Shown piece after piece: positions 1-9,481 of a DNA stretch of 64,000 nucleotides; within the stretch, counting starts at the first letter, position 1; each line of letters begins with the position of its first letter. The stretch lies in IMG/VR virus record IMGVR_UViG_3300025012_000074, positions 7,106 to 71,105 of that record, one strand, 5' to 3'. Both the position numbers and the translations under genes were made by a program. This DNA is from a virus. Under the pieces are notes generated by a model that searched no databases, was not told where the DNA came from, and was given only the letters and a program-made list of their open reading frames with translations.

Positions 1-120
1 TACCCGCTCGGTTCCGAATTCGTGGTCGAACGAAGCGTCCTCGGCTTCGATGGTCGACGACCCGCAGGCGGGGCAGACGATCGGGTCGAACCGGTCGGAA
101 GCGTCGGGTTCGTGGATCAT
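1..120 (-). CDS. Small Zn-ribbon protein, truncated by window edge
   Basis: Manual translation from ATG 120: MIHEPDASDRFDPIVCPACGSSTIEAED..., open to the edge. Confidence 0.5.
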   Translation of the reverse strand, partial: MIHEPDASDRFDPIVCPACGSSTIEAEDASFDHEFGTERV

Positions 121-508
121 GCGATCTTTTAATTTGCTTTCGTGATCGGGTTCGGTGATTGGCATATTTCGAAGTATTTCGAATCGCGCGAGGTCTTTTA
201 ATTCGACGTGCTTGAAACTCATTATTTCGGCTTTCCTCGTCAGATGATCTTATTATTCCGAATAAAATAGAACCCGCGAATGTCCGAGAAATACTTGACG
301 AGTTCGTCGGGGTTCATGCGCAGGATCATCGCGGCGACGTCGAATTTCTTCATCAGAGTTTTTCCATCTCGGCCGTCAGCGTCTCGTCCATCGCCGAATC
401 GTAAAGGCTGTTCATGATCCGGTCGAATTCGCTCTTGAGTTCCTGTGCCGTCTTCGTCATCGTCGTTCCCTCTTTCGTTTTCGTCCGTAGTTCGGTCCTG
501 ATAATTCC

Positions 509-538
509 AGTATACACGATAACTTATTACCGCGTCAA
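509..538 (-). promoter_or_regulatory. Sigma70-like leftward promoter
   Basis: Minus strand TTGACG-N18-TATACT in AT-rich intergenic DNA. Confidence 0.65.
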
Positions 539-614
539 TAGTTATCGCAAAGTATTTTTCAGACGGTTGAAAATGCGAGCGGTTATCGCGATCTAGCGGA
601 AAAAAACTTTCCGA

Positions 615-797
615 TTACCGGCCGAGCGGACGGAACCTCGGGACGGCCGCCGCGCGAATCTCGATCCGTTCCAGCGCCGCGATCCTGGCCGATAGTTCCG
701 CGTGCGTGCGCTCGTCCTGGCGGATGTGCAGCAGAATTGATGCGGCAAGGATCAGGATCAAGGCTACAAACGTGCTCCGGTTCTGACGGTGGTTCAT
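615..797 (-). CDS. Small membrane protein
   Basis: Hydrophobic FVALILILAASILL segment; ATGA overlap with the upstream ORF. Confidence 0.55.
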   Translation of the reverse strand: MNHRQNRSTFVALILILAASILLHIRQDERTHAELSARIAALERIEIRAAAVPRFRPLGR

Positions 798-1132
798 TTC
801 GTCACCTCGGCGAGCACCCGGTAGTCTCTGTATATATCGCTGTCGCAGTCCGTGTGATTCTTTTTACCCTTGTATTTTTTGCAGTATTCGGGAGAGCAAC
901 GCCGGCAAACGTATTTCGCCCGCACCTGACCCGTCAGTAGTTGCGTTTTCCGCAACTCGTCGCGCTCGAGGATGATTTCATGGTTGACGCGCGCGAGCAT
1001 GTTACTCAGGTTCATCCACTTCCGCGCCATGTTCCGCCAGTAACACACGTCACAAAGACCGTCGTCGATTCCTGGCTCGCGGCCGTGGAGGTGAGGATTG
1101 ATCGCCAGTGAGCCGCAGGGACAGGCGTTCAT
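794..1132 (-). CDS. Cys-rich hypothetical phage protein
   Basis: CPCGS and CDVC motifs; 4-nt overlaps with both neighbours. Confidence 0.6.
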   Translation of the reverse strand: MNACPCGSLAINPHLHGREPGIDDGLCDVCYWRNMARKWMNLSNMLARVNHEIILERDELRKTQLLTGQVRAKYVCRRCSPEYCKKYKGKKNHTDCDSDIYRDYRVLAEVTK

Positions 1133-1383
1133 CCCACAACCTCGCTCATCAGGTAGGCCGCTCGCATCGCATGAACCGCCTCGGCGAGAAAGTAGATTGC
1201 AAGCGTCGTGACGGCCAGCGTCACGGCCCCGACGAGCCCGTTGATGATCTTCTCGAATTCAGGGACGACGTGAACTTCCGTCATCTTGACGTAGTTCCCA
1301 GCCGCAGCGTCGCCGCTGACGTTGACGATCGTGAATAGTTTCCGGTGGCCTGGCAGTGAGTTGGTTTTGTCGGGTTCGGTCAT
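1129..1383 (-). CDS. Hypothetical membrane protein
   Basis: Start moved to ATG 1383 (ATGA coupling); C-terminal hydrophobic helix. Confidence 0.55.
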   Translation of the reverse strand: MTEPDKTNSLPGHRKLFTIVNVSGDAAAGNYVKMTEVHVVPEFEKIINGLVGAVTLAVTTLAIYFLAEAVHAMRAAYLMSEVVG

Positions 1384-1667
1384 GTCGTTTTCTTTTCCTC
1401 TCCTCGCCCGCATATCGGGCAGTGCGTGTAGGTCCCGCAGCCTGGAGCGGCCGGATCTTCGCGGAAGTTCGCCGGCCAGAGTTTCTTATCGACGATCCGA
1501 GTCGAACCGATCAACATCGACGCATCGAACGGCGCTCCGGCCGGCCGGCCGTTCGGCGGTTCGTGGACGTGCGGGGCGACGCCGTAGTAGGGGAACACGC
1601 AACCTTCATCCGGCGCGTCCGGGTTCATGCAGAAGTCGCAGTTGCCTTTCGAGCCGTCCACGTTCAC
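1380..1667 (-). CDS. Hypothetical Cys-containing protein
   Basis: GTG 1667 overlaps the amidase stop; CDFC and CPIC motifs. Confidence 0.6.
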   Translation of the reverse strand: MNVDGSKGNCDFCMNPDAPDEGCVFPYYGVAPHVHEPPNGRPAGAPFDASMLIGSTRIVDKKLWPANFREDPAAPGCGTYTHCPICGRGEEKKTT

Positions 1668-2269
1668 CCCTTCCGAATCCGCTCGCACAGTTCGAGGAAC
1701 GGGAAACGCGAGCCCGGGCACGACTTGGAAGAAAAGTGCGAGTGCGGATAGATCGGGGCGGTCGCCGGGTCGAGGCCGAGTTCGACGAGCAGCTGGCGGC
1801 ACGTCGCGGCCCCGGCGATCATCGCGGCTCCCGGCAGCGTTTCCGTGTCGAAGTCGCCGGAAAAACAGACGCCGATATACAGTGCGTTCTCGTCGCCCTG
1901 CGTCTTGACAGATCCCGCGTGGTAGCCGACTTCATCATTGCGAAGCGTCCGATACGCCGTGCCGTCCGGCTGGACGACGGCCGTATACCCGATGCAAGGC
2001 CATTTGTTGGTTTCGACGTGGTAGCGCGCATAGGCTTCCGGGTTCGAACCCTTGAGCGCCATGGCCGTGCCGGAATGGTGGATGACCAGGCCGAGTCGGG
2101 TGCCGGGCGGGACAGTCCGCGGCGTCCGGCGGGCGAGCGTCGAAACGATGTCGACGAGTTTGAAGACGGGGACGGGCGGCGGGGCGGTATTCTGGAATGC
2201 GGGGATTTCGTAAGATTCGATTCCGATCGTAAGTTTGCACCGGCAGACGGGGCAGGTGATTTCGTTCAT
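1664..2269 (-). CDS. N-acetylmuramoyl-L-alanine amidase (Amidase_2, T7 lysozyme/PGRP-like) with N-terminal CPVC knuckle
   Basis: LVIHHSG, IGY, GYHAG, IGVCFSGDF and HSHFSSKSCPG match the Zn-amidase motif order. Confidence 0.9.
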   Translation of the reverse strand: MNEITCPVCRCKLTIGIESYEIPAFQNTAPPPVPVFKLVDIVSTLARRTPRTVPPGTRLGLVIHHSGTAMALKGSNPEAYARYHVETNKWPCIGYTAVVQPDGTAYRTLRNDEVGYHAGSVKTQGDENALYIGVCFSGDFDTETLPGAAMIAGAATCRQLLVELGLDPATAPIYPHSHFSSKSCPGSRFPFLELCERIRKG

Positions 2270-2281
2270 AGGGTTCCTTTC

Positions 2282-2599
2282 TTATTCGAACCAATTTTCA
2301 AACATAGCCAATGCCGATCCGCGTTCATCGACCGTCATGGATTTGAATAAGTCGATCACCGGACGCTCGACGTCATCCAATTCGAAAGTTCCGCACCAGT
2401 CAACATCCGAATCCTTGATGTTGAAATCGTCCACAAGGATGTGCAGATTTCCGCCGGCTCCGTGCGCTTCATAAAGCGCCATCAAGAGGCCCTGCGCCAT
2501 CGTAACCTTTTCTGTGATTATCTTAGGCGACCCGTATCCACTCCAACATCCCTTGCACATTTTAATTGTCGTCCTTTCTTCCTCGCGCATTATCTCCAT
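2282..2599 (-). CDS. Hypothetical protein
   Basis: 105 aa ORF in tight operon context. Confidence 0.6.
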   Translation of the reverse strand: MEIMREEERTTIKMCKGCWSGYGSPKIITEKVTMAQGLLMALYEAHGAGGNLHILVDDFNIKDSDVDWCGTFELDDVERPVIDLFKSMTVDERGSALAMFENWFE

Positions 2600-2625
2600 T
2601 ATACAATATCGGGTTATTGTGTCAA
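2598..2625 (-). promoter_or_regulatory. Sigma70-like leftward promoter
   Basis: Minus strand TTGACA-N16-TATAAT. Confidence 0.6.
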
Positions 2626-3443
2626 CGTATTTTTAGGTTTCTAAAAATCAGAACCGGACGAATCCATTGTTTTGTGAACTTTTGCCACGCTTCTATTTTG
2701 AGTCCCGTCAACGGGCAGCGCATGAGCATCGCAAACGGAACGAACCCGGCATCCCACGTTTCACGTAACCGCGCTTCTGCTTTCTCGATCGTGTCGCCCT
2801 TGTATCCGAGAAAAACGTAGGCGGCCAGCCGGTGAGATGCTTTGGTAAATCCCGCGTTGAAAAGATTCGTCGCCGCGCATCGAAGTTTCTCAACGTCGCC
2901 CGGCCGATCGTTCGCGCAATAAATAATAGCCGGGTGGATCTTTCGCAACTCGGTCGCTATTTCCGGCGTAATCCGGCTGGCCTCGAGCCCCCCCGTGAAT
3001 CTTACTTTTCCATTCGGACGGCCGCGCAACATCGCAAACACGCTGCTGATGTGTTCGTGCGAACACTGCAATAAATTTGAATCCAGGACGTTCGAACCCG
3101 GAATAATCGGAAGTTCTCGAATCGCACCCTCGCGTTTGTGGACTTGGCAATACCAACATCGATTATTGCATCCTCGCGATGTGATTGTGTAACCGTCGGC
3201 GATGTATCGACCAGGAATGAAATTGCCGCCGCGATCACCGCACGCCGGACCGCCGATCGTAGTCGTAGCGACATCGCGCCAAGCACGCGCTAATTGTTCG
3301 GCGCGCGGAATATCCCATGTGAACGTCACGCTGACGTGGATCTCGTCCGCCTCGTCGAGCATGTCAGGTTCGACGTTCACGCGAACGAGTGAATCGGTAG
3401 GTGTCGCGGACGTCCGTCGCGGAAAAACTCGGATGATTTTCAT
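2622..3443 (-). CDS. Radical SAM protein
   Basis: TSRGCNNRCWYC = CxxxCxxC [4Fe-4S] motif, preceded by a B12-binding-like SVTFTW...IGGP segment. Confidence 0.85.
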   Translation of the reverse strand: MKIIRVFPRRTSATPTDSLVRVNVEPDMLDEADEIHVSVTFTWDIPRAEQLARAWRDVATTTIGGPACGDRGGNFIPGRYIADGYTITSRGCNNRCWYCQVHKREGAIRELPIIPGSNVLDSNLLQCSHEHISSVFAMLRGRPNGKVRFTGGLEASRITPEIATELRKIHPAIIYCANDRPGDVEKLRCAATNLFNAGFTKASHRLAAYVFLGYKGDTIEKAEARLRETWDAGFVPFAMLMRCPLTGLKIEAWQKFTKQWIRPVLIFRNLKIR

Positions 3444-5860
3444 AACATCGGTTCCGTCATTTCCTCATAAACTTTATCCCGCGACCGCGCGGACGCGCAG
3501 AGCACGCCGACCTTCGAGTCGCGGTAGTCGTAGACGCGGGCCGCTTCCTTGCCCGGCGCAGGACGTAGCACGCGGCCGAGATACTGCAACAGCCGCCCGT
3601 CGAACTTGATCGGTGTGGCAAGAAACAGCGTCGACAGCCCGGCGCAATCGAACCCCTCGCCGATCAACTGGCCGGTCGCGATCACAACGCGGGCCGCGCC
3701 GGACGCCGCCCGGCCGACGACCGCCAGCCGTTCGCGCTTGCCGAGCGCGCCGGTCAGCACGTCCGCCCAGATTCGGCGCTCGGCAAACAGGCCGGCCAGC
3801 GTATCGCAGTGTTCCTTCCGGTCGGACAGGATCAGGCAGATCCCCGCGCTGGCTTCCAGTTCCTCGCACACGTCGGCGACGATCAGTTTGTTTCGCTGTT
3901 CGTCTTCCGTCAGTTCGCCGATCATTCGCGCGTAATTCGGTTGCCAGCCGGTTTCGCGCCGGACGATTTCCGCCCGCAGGATGTCGCCGTTCGATTCCAA
4001 TTCGCCCTTGTCGATCGAATGAACCAGGTCGCCGAGGTGCCAGAAGATGAGTTTCGTTTGGCCGTCCCGCCGCCAGGGCGTCGCCGACAGACCGAGCGAA
4101 TACCAGGCGTCGAACTTGGAAACGGCTTCTGTGAACGTGCGGGAAGGGCAACGGTGGCAATTGTGAACCAGCACGCCGCCGGCAAAATAGTTACCGGTTT
4201 CAGTTTCTAAATTGAAGACAGGACCGACCGGACACACGTCCGAAGATCGTTCAGTATCTGGCGGTTTGTAAACCTTAACACTTTCCACCCTAACTTTTGT
4301 AAGTATTCCGTTTTCTTTGAATCCAGAATTCGTCGTTTCCCATTGTGGCTTTGTCCGTCTACTTCTATACCGATCATTAATTTTGTATTTGCTATGTCGA
4401 TTTTGTAGCACGTCGGCAAATTCTGCTCCAAAAGAAATTCTCTCCGGCTTCCTTTCTGAAGATGACTCGCCGTTTTTATCGGAACTTCCGTTCGCCATTT
4501 CAAGGCATCGGCTAAAGTCTTTTGAGCGATAGGAACCGGCCGGCCATTTCCGCCTCGATTCTTCGTGACGACAGATAATGTTCCGTTTTTCGTTTTCGTG
4601 TCCATCATCTTTGCGATCCATTTTGGATTTTTCATTGGGTTGTTTAATATCTTGTTGATGCGACCTTGCGTTTGATTGTATTTTGCTAGTGACATTCCTG
4701 AAACGACATGGCCACGACGCACTATTTCTTTCGTGCATTCTTCCGAGCACGTAGCACGCCCTGATTTTGCTTGCGTCAAGGAACTTCTCCAATGATTTCC
4801 GTCTTTGCATTCCACCTGTTTTCCGCATGCTCGGCACGGAACAATTACAATCTTCATTCTCGATTGCATTCTTGCGCGTCGGCATGGCTTGCAGAAAAGC
4901 CCGGTATCGTTTTTTCCCGTTCCGCATTCTTTGCAATTTTTTCTTATCATGAATCCTCCAAGCATAATCGCCAATTTTAATTTCGTTTGCCGGTTTATAT
5001 TCATTGTCGATATAAAACGGATGATTAGCAGTGCATATCACATGTTCGCCGTTTTCAAAATCAATACGATATAGATCGTTTGATTGATTATGAAATTCAT
5101 GTAATACTTTAGATTCGACAACTTGTTTACTATCATGATTATAGCCTAATACAATGTCGCCGGTCTTAATATCTTCAATATTTTTTTGTCCATCAACCGT
5201 ATCTATTTTCGTTTCGGAGGCGAAACACTCGTCAGTTATGACGAACCCCACCCGCTCACGCACGGCCGCCGCGTTCTTGTAAAGCGAATTGACGATCGCG
5301 ACGGTAATCCGTTCCCCGATCTTGTTTTTCCCGCCGCCGATGATCCCGACTTCGGGCGCGGGGATCGCCAGGAACCTGCCGATTCGTTCAATCCACTGGT
5401 TCAGCAATTCTTTATTATGGACGATCACGAGCGTCGGCTGGCGACGAGCCGCGACCGCAGCCAGGGCCATGACGGTCTTCCCCGATCCGGTAGCCGCGTT
5501 GAGCACGCCGAAGTCTTTCTTAAGCACGTCATCAACCGCCGCTCGCTGGATCGGCCGGACAGCGCCGGCGAACTGAAAATCAACCTCGGGAAGTTTGCGG
5601 CGACGATCATCCAGCGTGAATGCCAGACCGGCCGCTCGGGCCGTTCGGATCGCTTCGGCGATGAACCCGCGCGGAACGATCAGGCCGAATTCCGTTTCCG
5701 AGTATCCGACGATGTTCCGCGGCACGTTCCAGTTCGAGCGGCCGGCCTTTTCGTTGACCGTGAATTGCAGGTTAGGAAACGTCAGCGCGGCTTTCAGGCC
5801 GGCCAGGAAATCAGGCGGGGCGGATTCGATCGACAGGCAGGATGAGAGGCGGAAGATCAT
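3440..5860 (-). CDS. SF2 DExH-box helicase (ResIII-like) containing an intein
   Basis: Walker A ATGSGKT; DE|CH split by intein; motif III GLSATP; GEGFD; QYLGRVLR. Start moved to ATG 5860 (ATGA overlap with PLD stop). Confidence 0.93.
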   Translation of the reverse strand: MIFRLSSCLSIESAPPDFLAGLKAALTFPNLQFTVNEKAGRSNWNVPRNIVGYSETEFGLIVPRGFIAEAIRTARAAGLAFTLDDRRRKLPEVDFQFAGAVRPIQRAAVDDVLKKDFGVLNAATGSGKTVMALAAVAARRQPTLVIVHNKELLNQWIERIGRFLAIPAPEVGIIGGGKNKIGERITVAIVNSLYKNAAAVRERVGFVITDECFASETKIDTVDGQKNIEDIKTGDIVLGYNHDSKQVVESKVLHEFHNQSNDLYRIDFENGEHVICTANHPFYIDNEYKPANEIKIGDYAWRIHDKKKLQRMRNGKKRYRAFLQAMPTRKNAIENEDCNCSVPSMRKTGGMQRRKSLEKFLDASKIRACYVLGRMHERNSASWPCRFRNVTSKIQSNARSHQQDIKQPNEKSKMDRKDDGHENEKRNIICRHEESRRKWPAGSYRSKDFSRCLEMANGSSDKNGESSSERKPERISFGAEFADVLQNRHSKYKINDRYRSRRTKPQWETTNSGFKENGILTKVRVESVKVYKPPDTERSSDVCPVGPVFNLETETGNYFAGGVLVHNCHRCPSRTFTEAVSKFDAWYSLGLSATPWRRDGQTKLIFWHLGDLVHSIDKGELESNGDILRAEIVRRETGWQPNYARMIGELTEDEQRNKLIVADVCEELEASAGICLILSDRKEHCDTLAGLFAERRIWADVLTGALGKRERLAVVGRAASGAARVVIATGQLIGEGFDCAGLSTLFLATPIKFDGRLLQYLGRVLRPAPGKEAARVYDYRDSKVGVLCASARSRDKVYEEMTEPML
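4160..5227 (-). mobile_element. Intein (356 aa) inserted in the DECH motif
   Basis: Block A CFASETKIDTVDG, block B CTANHPF, blocks F/G VFNLETETGNYFAGGVLVHN followed by +1 Cys; AT-richer than flanks. Confidence 0.95.
4207..4950 (-). CDS. Vsr/DUF559-like putative homing endonuclease nested out-of-frame inside the intein
   Basis: IDIA...IGIEVDGQSH...DSKKTEYLQKLGWKVLRF; N-terminal CxxC motifs; GGAGG 4 nt before ATG 4950. Confidence 0.88.
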   Translation of the reverse strand: MIRKNCKECGTGKNDTGLFCKPCRRARMQSRMKIVIVPCRACGKQVECKDGNHWRSSLTQAKSGRATCSEECTKEIVRRGHVVSGMSLAKYNQTQGRINKILNNPMKNPKWIAKMMDTKTKNGTLSVVTKNRGGNGRPVPIAQKTLADALKWRTEVPIKTASHLQKGSRREFLLEQNLPTCYKIDIANTKLMIGIEVDGQSHNGKRRILDSKKTEYLQKLGWKVLRFTNRQILNDLRTCVRSVLSSI

Positions 5861-6588
5861 GACCCGATCCGCCACTCGGGCGCGCACCATTCCGATTCCC
5901 AATCCAGCGGTTCGGACAGGGAAATGATCTTTTGCCATTCGTCGAAGTAGCGTTTAGCAATCAGCGGATCGTGCATGACCACCGCGTTCTCAAACGAGTT
6001 TGTAGAATTTTTCGTGAAGTTGAATGAGCCGGTCCAGACCGAATTTGGCTTCATCCCATCATATCCATGTTGGGGTTTCCACGATTTTCCAAACACTAAA
6101 AATTTATTGTGCATTCTTGGGAACGCCGGAAGTTTATTATAATTATTGTTTCCAACGCATCGCATTGGATCTATTGTGTTATCTCCGCACATACTTAATT
6201 TTCTCACTAATTCACCCATAGCATAACGAGTAAAATTAGTTTTAATATTATTATATTTTGTCTTTAATTCGTCGCGATATCCGACAGACGCGCTCATATC
6301 CGGCCGCAAAAAGTCTTCTTTTTGAACGACGATTGATACGCCGAATTTCACGGACGCCAGCGCGTCAAGGATCTTCGGGCTCGTCAGCCAGGCAACGCAC
6401 CCGACGACAGACTCGGCCGCTTCGATGTGGCGGCATACCACGTCCTCAAGATTTTCAAAATAGAGTTCTACTTTTGGGTTGTATCGCGTCGAATTCCTAT
6501 CAACGTCGTTTGCGAATTCTGTATATTCCGATCCGAGAACTTTGTTTCCGATCCGTTTCAAATCCTTCGGCAAACTTTTGTCGTTCAT
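5857..6588 (-). CDS. Phospholipase D-family (Nuc-like, single HxK) protein
   Basis: MHNKFLVF and WTGSFNFT...FEN motifs; N-terminal GCVAWLT. Confidence 0.8.
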   Translation of the reverse strand: MNDKSLPKDLKRIGNKVLGSEYTEFANDVDRNSTRYNPKVELYFENLEDVVCRHIEAAESVVGCVAWLTSPKILDALASVKFGVSIVVQKEDFLRPDMSASVGYRDELKTKYNNIKTNFTRYAMGELVRKLSMCGDNTIDPMRCVGNNNYNKLPAFPRMHNKFLVFGKSWKPQHGYDGMKPNSVWTGSFNFTKNSTNSFENAVVMHDPLIAKRYFDEWQKIISLSEPLDWESEWCAPEWRIGS

Positions 6589-6610
6589 TTTTACGTCCCC
6601 ATTTCTTCGT

Positions 6611-7045
6611 CTAAAACTTTCGCAGTGAAGTTTCCGCACCGCCGAAACTTTCCGAAACCGTCTAAAACTTTTTCAAAAACTTTATAAATCAACTCAAAAC
6701 TTTTTCGAACCTTTTTGAATCGTCCGAAACTTTTTCAAAACTTTTGGAAAAGTTTTCAAAAGTTTTCGGAAACTTTGTCAAACTTTCTACTTCCAGTTGA
6801 CAACCGATGTTGATAAAGGGGGTTACGTCGGTTACGTCGCGTGGGTCCCTTACACTTTTCCCAGTTTCGTCGAAAGCCCCTATAGATAGAAAATTAATGT
6901 TCTTTCTTTCTTTCTTATATAAGGAGCGCGTGCGCGCGCGCGCACACACACGCGCAGGAGGAACGTGTAGGCTACCCACGCGACGTAACCGACGAAACCT
7001 ATTGTATGTAATTTATACATTACTAAATCCGTTTCAAAAGTTTCG
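6611..7045. repeat. Putative replication origin: AAACTTT iterons, 26-bp inverted repeat, AT-rich and alternating purine/pyrimidine tracts
   Basis: About a dozen AAACTTT/AAAGTTT copies at 6611-6790; inverted repeat 6821-6846 / 6974-6999 (25/26 match); directly downstream of the DUF3987 gene. Confidence 0.7.
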
Positions 7046-9314
7046 GATGAATCTCGTAAACCGCGGCTGGCCGTCCTCCGGATTGCCCGAAACTTTTCCG
7101 ATCCGATTCCGGCCGGACGTATCCCAGGTCGGTCAAATACTCGAGCGCCGGGCGGATCGCCTCTTGGGAATTCAGAGAGCCCCAATTGTTTCGTTGAACA
7201 GTCCGCGGTGTGAACCGGTCCTTCAAGTCGCCGGTTCGGATTTTGTTCAGGATGGTAATCGCCCGGATCGTGTCCGCCGAGTCGCCGGCGAAATACATCC
7301 GGCGGGCGTGCGCCTCGAAGTATCGAATCAGCGTCACGGCCTTGACCACCGACGGGGCCGTGACGAAGCCGTGACGGCCGGAGACGACGTGATCGACGAG
7401 CGCGAGGACCGGGACGAGGGACTGGTATTTCAAAAGATGATCCTGGAGGTCGGTCGAGTCGACGCACCGTTCCCGATTTTCGTTCACGGCCGATTTCAAT
7501 TCGACATACCAGGCGTCAAAAACTCTCTGCGCTTCATCATCAAATCGGAGGTATGGGACGTGCTTCGGGTCCTCGGTCATGGTCGCCCCGATTTCCTCGG
7601 CATCTATACGTGAAATAAACTCGTAGACGGTTCGCGCGCTTCGCTCGGCCGCTTCGTCGGCCGGACGGTCGGGGACCTTGAAGTTTTCCGGCGGGTCCGG
7701 CCAGACGGCCGCGCCGAACCGAGCCAGGAATCCGTCCGATACTTTCCCCTTGCCGGACAGCAGCCTGGACTGCAACACCTCGGGCTGCGTTCCGCCGACC
7801 ATCGACAGGCACAACCCCTCGCAGCGGGACGAACCGCGGCCGATCCGGTCGACGTTGTGCGTGCCGGTTCCCGACCAGCACTCGAGGTAGAATTGCCGAG
7901 CGCCCTGATTGCCTTCACGCTGGAACGAATCGAACAGGCCGGCGATCTCGTCGCGCTCCATGAGCATCCCGCGCGGATTATCTTTCAAAAGGTCGGCGAG
8001 TTTTTCGATCGTCGTATCCTTGACGAGAAACCGGGCCGGCGTCGCTTTTTCCTTTTCGATTTCCGCGTCTGCCAGTTGCTCGGCGATTTGTCGCGCTTCC
8101 GTATTCGCCTCGTCGCTGGTTCCGACCCGCATGGACTTCGCAAGTTTGGCTTTCAAATCGTTGATCTTCGCTTCCGCGTGGATCTTGTCCGCTCGCGATC
8201 CCTTGGACGCGAACCGCTCAGCCGCTTCCGATTCGATTTTGTGGATGGGCTTCAACGCCTCGCGGAGCGCCGGAGATTTTCCCGAGCCCGGCGTTCCGAT
8301 CAACAGCGACCAGATGACGCCCGGCTGAACCCAGTTCGAAAACTTGATCGGCTTGATGCCGACCCGGCGTCCGATCAGCCCGGCGCAGGATGTCAGCGCT
8401 GCGACCGCCACAAAGTCGAGCGGCGCGCCGGTCTGTTCCGCGATGTCGGAAATCCACGGTCGAAGGCTTCGCGGTAGCAATTCGATGTCGAATCTCGGAA
8501 CGGGTAGCAACGGGTTCGGCATCGGCTCCGGATCTCGCCAGCCGCCCGGCTGAACTTTCAGCGGCTTTTTTCCGACGATCGTTGATATGGCGTTCGCCGC
8601 GTCGGCCCGCAGCGTGTCCACGTCGATCGCGTTGACCGCCAGTTCGGCGAGCCGTTCGCATTGGATCTTTATCCGCCGGCGGTCGTAGGCGTCCTCGAGG
8701 AGAATCACCGACGAGTCGAGCGATAACCAATCCTGCGTGTTGACGAACGTCGTAAATTTAACTTCGTCGGCAAACGCCGGAAACCGGCGCTTCAAATCCG
8801 TCAGGACAGAAAAAAACTCGATCGGCTGGCCGTTCGCCTTCATCGTCCGCAGGGATTCGAACACCTTGCGGCAGAGCGGGTCCGCGAAGTGCTCGGGCTC
8901 GAGCGTGTCGATGATCCGATCGACGGCCGTCGGATCGTAGTATTTCAGGCACGTCCCAATGACAAGCCGCTCGGCTTCCGGCTGGCTCGTCCAACCCGCC
9001 TTGTTACCGACGATCTCCGGGACTGACGAATAGACGGGAGGGACGAACGGGATCAGCGCGTCGGCGGCCGGTTGCGGGGCGAGTCGCGGCCCGTGCTTGT
9101 CGTCCATCGCTTCGGAAAACCAGTCATCGTCGGCCGGCTCTGAAATATTTTTTTCCTCGCTTGACACGCTCACGGAATCTCCGGTATAATCGGGGTGTCG
9201 TTCTACCTCTCCCTGTTCCGTTCCAGCCGGCTCGTCACCGGCTGGTTTTATTTTCTCCGGTTGCGGTCCGAGCGTGGAGTCGAACGGGATACCTTCGATT
9301 TCGAAAAGGTTCAT
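7023..9314 (-). CDS. Replication helicase-like protein: DnaB N-terminal-like domain + DUF3987 (YfjI) P-loop domain
   Basis: AERLVIGTCL...EPEHFADPLCRKVF (DnaB-N-like); Walker A GTPGSGKS; RDEIAG, DRIGRG, GGTQP, DGFLARF. Confidence 0.85.
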   Translation of the reverse strand: MNLFEIEGIPFDSTLGPQPEKIKPAGDEPAGTEQGEVERHPDYTGDSVSVSSEEKNISEPADDDWFSEAMDDKHGPRLAPQPAADALIPFVPPVYSSVPEIVGNKAGWTSQPEAERLVIGTCLKYYDPTAVDRIIDTLEPEHFADPLCRKVFESLRTMKANGQPIEFFSVLTDLKRRFPAFADEVKFTTFVNTQDWLSLDSSVILLEDAYDRRRIKIQCERLAELAVNAIDVDTLRADAANAISTIVGKKPLKVQPGGWRDPEPMPNPLLPVPRFDIELLPRSLRPWISDIAEQTGAPLDFVAVAALTSCAGLIGRRVGIKPIKFSNWVQPGVIWSLLIGTPGSGKSPALREALKPIHKIESEAAERFASKGSRADKIHAEAKINDLKAKLAKSMRVGTSDEANTEARQIAEQLADAEIEKEKATPARFLVKDTTIEKLADLLKDNPRGMLMERDEIAGLFDSFQREGNQGARQFYLECWSGTGTHNVDRIGRGSSRCEGLCLSMVGGTQPEVLQSRLLSGKGKVSDGFLARFGAAVWPDPPENFKVPDRPADEAAERSARTVYEFISRIDAEEIGATMTEDPKHVPYLRFDDEAQRVFDAWYVELKSAVNENRERCVDSTDLQDHLLKYQSLVPVLALVDHVVSGRHGFVTAPSVVKAVTLIRYFEAHARRMYFAGDSADTIRAITILNKIRTGDLKDRFTPRTVQRNNWGSLNSQEAIRPALEYLTDLGYVRPESDRKSFGQSGGRPAAVYEIHPKLLKRI

Positions 9315-9481
9315 AGCGTAACCTCAAATGTAAAAGGGTGGCCGAGACCTTGCGGCGCGCAGAGAATCGCGCGCGAACCCTCGCGGTGCTTCGCGGTCTC
9401 GGCCATGATAAACTTAATGATGTCGAATGAATAGGAGGCCACTTTCGGAGGCGTCTCCGTTCTCTGAATTTCCGCACTTCA

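Noticed and set aside
3440-6588. Helicase + PLD + methyltransferase as a DISARM-like defence system
   Set aside because: No DUF1998 or other core partners recognised; genes sit in an ordinary phage replication arm
6689-6979. 96-aa and neighbouring ORFs over the origin-like region
   Set aside because: Translations mirror the DNA repeats (VTDVT, ARARTR, FEK); better explained as non-coding
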